Source: Cenarchaeum symbiont of Oopsacas minuta (GTDB lineage Archaea > Thermoproteota > Nitrososphaeria > Nitrososphaerales > Nitrosopumilaceae). From it: a stretch of DNA of 64,000 nt. The notes below the pieces were generated by a model. That model had not been told where the DNA came from, searched no databases, and saw only the letters and a program-made list of their open reading frames with translations. Shown one piece after another: positions 61,246-64,000 of this stretch (its first letter is position 1; each line of letters begins with the position of its first letter). Location: positions 146,335-210,334 of the forward strand of contig JAJIZT010000002.1 of assembly GCA_029948415.1 (NCBI GenBank). The letters are read 5' to 3'. The position numbers and the translations under genes are program-made.

Positions 61246-61445
61246 TTGCGTGTTTTATTCCACTTGCTTACTCTCGAGTTGACATCATGTTGGTATAATA
61301 CATTGAATATCATCTCGTAAAAAGAGATTCCCTTGTTCTGCGCCTGCATGTCCAGCCATTTTATGCCGTCGGCTAGTTCAGGGTCACTAGATGACATCTC
61401 GACTAACGAGTCTACCATCCTAGTAAAGAATACACTCTCTGTCAT
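61242..61445 (-). CDS. small hypothetical protein
   Basis: DPELADGIKWLD..AQ.KGISFYEM; start placed at MTESV. Confidence 0.7.
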   Translation of the reverse strand: MTESVFFTRMVDSLVEMSSSDPELADGIKWLDMQAQNKGISFYEMIFNVLYQHDVNSRVSKWNKTRN

Positions 61446-61524
61446 ACATGATGATAGTACAAACTGATCAAAAAGGGCATATTCAAAATATATAGACAAA
61501 TTGGGTAAGATTATCTTGGTATTC

Positions 61525-61923
61525 ATGCCCCATATCATCTATGCTGCAGGCGACGGGCAACATATTGTGTGGGCACATAAAGATATGACTGGAGTACAGA
61601 CAGCACTTGAGAGTAGGCAACATGCTTTAACATATCATGGATGCCATGATGAAGAGTCAACGTACGTTGCAGTTCATGTAGGGCTGTTTTGGTGTATTGG
61701 CACGTTTCGAATAAAAAACGGCGAGTATGCCCGTATCGTTACAACGCCAAAGAGGGCTCCATCATTGTGTACGCAGAGTAAATCATCTAGTAGAATAATT
61801 GCCGAAAAGACTCACTTTATCAGCGAGTTGATAAAAAAGCGCAGTATAAAAATATCATACGTGTGTGATACAGATGAGGTCAATCCTGCAGAGGTTGAGC
61901 TTGCCAAGTTTTCCGCACAATAA
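61525..61923 (+). CDS. hypothetical protein, possibly a degenerate RNase H-like fold
   Basis: YVAVHVGLFWCIG segment; fold call is a guess. Confidence 0.55.
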   Translation: MPHIIYAAGDGQHIVWAHKDMTGVQTALESRQHALTYHGCHDEESTYVAVHVGLFWCIGTFRIKNGEYARIVTTPKRAPSLCTQSKSSSRIIAEKTHFISELIKKRSIKISYVCDTDEVNPAEVELAKFSAQ

Positions 61924-63160
61924 CAAATCCAACATCAGCAAGGTTTGTCCCTGTCTGTCCGGTCAATACATGACCTCCATGTTTTGTAAAAAAAGCTGCA
62001 GAGTTGTTTTCTTTTAAAAGATGCATCATCTCTTTTGTGTTACACGAGCGTGCAGTATCTGCTATAGCTCCAGCATACTTTGTGTTTCCATCTATGCCAT
62101 CAGTTCCAACCGATGCAATCATACATCGTACTCTAGCTTTTTTATACAATGCATATAGTCGCAGTACAAGTTCTTGGTTTCTCCCGCCTCTGCCTCTTCC
62201 AACAACATTTACAGTAGGCTCGCCATGAAAAACAATGCATGAATCTTTTTTAGAGTTTGTACGACGTACTATATTTTCAGATTCTGTGCACACGTTACCA
62301 AATATCTTTACTGTTTGTGTATGCAATCCTTGCAATCTAGCGTTACGTGCAATCACTCTGGCACAATCTGCACTAGTTGCAATAATGTGGTTTTTAACAC
62401 GTGTATTTGTAGGTCCTTGCAATACAAGACCCTCAGAGCCAGAGATGAGATGCTTTATTACAGATTTTGGTATCTGTGTTTGAATACGCAGACGCCATAT
62501 GTGATCTAGTGCATCATCATAGCTTGTATCATCTAGTACTGTACAACCTGACGATATATCTTGCATGTGATTACCTTGTACATCTGACATTATCAGAGCA
62601 TCTCCGTTGCACCGCATAGATGATACAAGTCTGCCTCCAGCCACTTGAGAGATGTGTCTTCTCACGCAGTTTATTGTAGATATTTTTGCACCAGATGCAA
62701 GCAGTATGCGTGTTGTATCTGATGCATCATTTTGGCTTAGTGGGGGAGCAGGCATTGAGAGTAGTGAAGAGCCACCACCAGATACTAGGAATAACACTCG
62801 TTCTGTAGAGCTCAATTGCTGAAGATATCTCAAAATGGCACGTGCTGCAAACGCACTAGAACGATCTGGTATCGGGTGTGCTGCATAACGTATCTCTAGT
62901 CTAGGCAAGGATTGTAAAACTCTGCCTCGTGGCATTACAACTATGCCTCCTGCCACTATGACATGTTTGGAGGCTATCTGTGCCATAGAGTATGCTGCCT
63001 TGCCGTATGCGATGATGTGTACGCGTTTGCCAGATACATCACCAAGGTAGAGTGGAACAAAGTTTTCAGGTTTTGCAGCATTCAAGCCTAATTCAAGTAG
63101 ATCAAGTGTATATCTAGAGCGAGGTAAAGAGGATTCAAGAGAGATACGATTTTTTATCAC
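61880..63160 (-). CDS. glycerate 2-kinase (DUF4147/MOFRL)
   Basis: GKAA, HPIP, SGGGSSL, GGRNQE, GTDGIDG, TGTNLAD; start uncertain. Confidence 0.92.
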   Translation of the reverse strand: MIKNRISLESSLPRSRYTLDLLELGLNAAKPENFVPLYLGDVSGKRVHIIAYGKAAYSMAQIASKHVIVAGGIVVMPRGRVLQSLPRLEIRYAAHPIPDRSSAFAARAILRYLQQLSSTERVLFLVSGGGSSLLSMPAPPLSQNDASDTTRILLASGAKISTINCVRRHISQVAGGRLVSSMRCNGDALIMSDVQGNHMQDISSGCTVLDDTSYDDALDHIWRLRIQTQIPKSVIKHLISGSEGLVLQGPTNTRVKNHIIATSADCARVIARNARLQGLHTQTVKIFGNVCTESENIVRRTNSKKDSCIVFHGEPTVNVVGRGRGGRNQELVLRLYALYKKARVRCMIASVGTDGIDGNTKYAGAIADTARSCNTKEMMHLLKENNSAAFFTKHGGHVLTGQTGTNLADVGFVIVRKTWQAQPLQD

Positions 63161-63597
63161 AGCAGTATTGGATTGGGTTTTGTATAAAATAGTGTTTGTA
63201 TACACTGACTTTTTCACAACCTTTCTAGAATACTTGGATCATCAAAAAACAAAAATAACAAACCTTTTACATTTCCACAATCTTGGATATAGACAATGGA
63301 TGGCCCACTAACAAAATCAATACAAGAATATCAATGTGGAAGAATATCTGCCATTAATGTAAAAGATAATGGCACATTCATCTAGTCGGCGATAAAAATA
63401 ACAAGATGTAATACAGAGGTTGGAGGCAGAGGAGAATCATACGAGGTGTTAAAAAATGGTTTCTCAGATATTCGAGGATTTGTCATGATTATTGCAGATC
63501 GCATATGAGCACTGATAATAAAACGCTAGCTACACGATTGGCATTTTCAGATGGGGATGTTAAGTTGAAGATGTCTATAAAATACCAACATGAAAAA

Positions 63598-63891
63598 TTA
63601 ATCTGCTAGTTGAGATTCAACATTTTGTATAAGTTCTTTAATATTTAGTTTATCGACTAATTTATCACCATTTTTGGTTAAAACGTAAACTACATTATTC
63701 TTTCCAAATTCATTAATTGTTACTTGAGGAATTATATAATCTGCAAGTTTTAATTTATTGAGACGATTTACTAATGAAGTATCAGATACATTCAATTTTG
63801 TTTTAAGATTACTATATCTGAGACCTGATGATTGGTGAAGTGTATTTAATATTTCTAGAATTATATGATCGAAATAATCCGATTTATCCAA
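63598..63891 (-). CDS. winged-helix (HxlR-like) transcriptional regulator
   Basis: LRYSNLK..VSDTSLVNRLNKL...YVLTKNG. Confidence 0.82.
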   Translation of the reverse strand: MDKSDYFDHIILEILNTLHQSSGLRYSNLKTKLNVSDTSLVNRLNKLKLADYIIPQVTINEFGKNNVVYVLTKNGDKLVDKLNIKELIQNVESQLAD

Positions 63892-64000
63892 TAATCTTTA
63901 AAAAGAGATCGTGTTAATGACTTTGTTTCATAACCATGCCTAGAATACTTGAAGACTACCGAAAGACAAAAAGATCAGTAATAACTCATCACAGTTATTG

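Overview
AT-rich archaeal chromosome segment. The gene set (S25e, L40e, TBP, CTP-dependent RibK, archaeal DnaG, Dph5, two LysW/LysX pairs) fits Nitrososphaerota, probably Nitrosopumilaceae; the heavy IS load would fit a host-associated lineage (inference only). Most of the window is housekeeping: purN/folD/purD, ileS, sucCD, map, tbp, smc, msrA, the LysW-dependent Arg/Lys cluster, a sulfonate/nitrate-type ABC transporter, ribL/ribK, dnaG, citrate synthase and glycerate kinase. An accessory island of about 15.5 kb (14.29-29.9 kb) sits at the 3' end of an intron-containing tRNA-Val(CAC). It appears to be two tandem tyrosine-integrase elements, both decayed, carrying an AbrB-like/C5-MTase/HNH restriction-modification operon and nested IS66, IS630, IS5 and IS110 elements. 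The strongest signal is an IS110/IS1111-type element inserted precisely into the terminal inverted repeat of an IS5-family element. Its downstream non-coding end holds two guide-hairpin-guide modules matching the target and the predicted circle junction, i.e. a candidate archaeal bridge RNA. Also notable: a conserved 41-codon ORF behind both integrases, four IS66 copies sharing the same two frame breaks, and a LysW paralogue with an ACG start and a C-terminal Gln. All calls come from reading the sequence; no searches were run.
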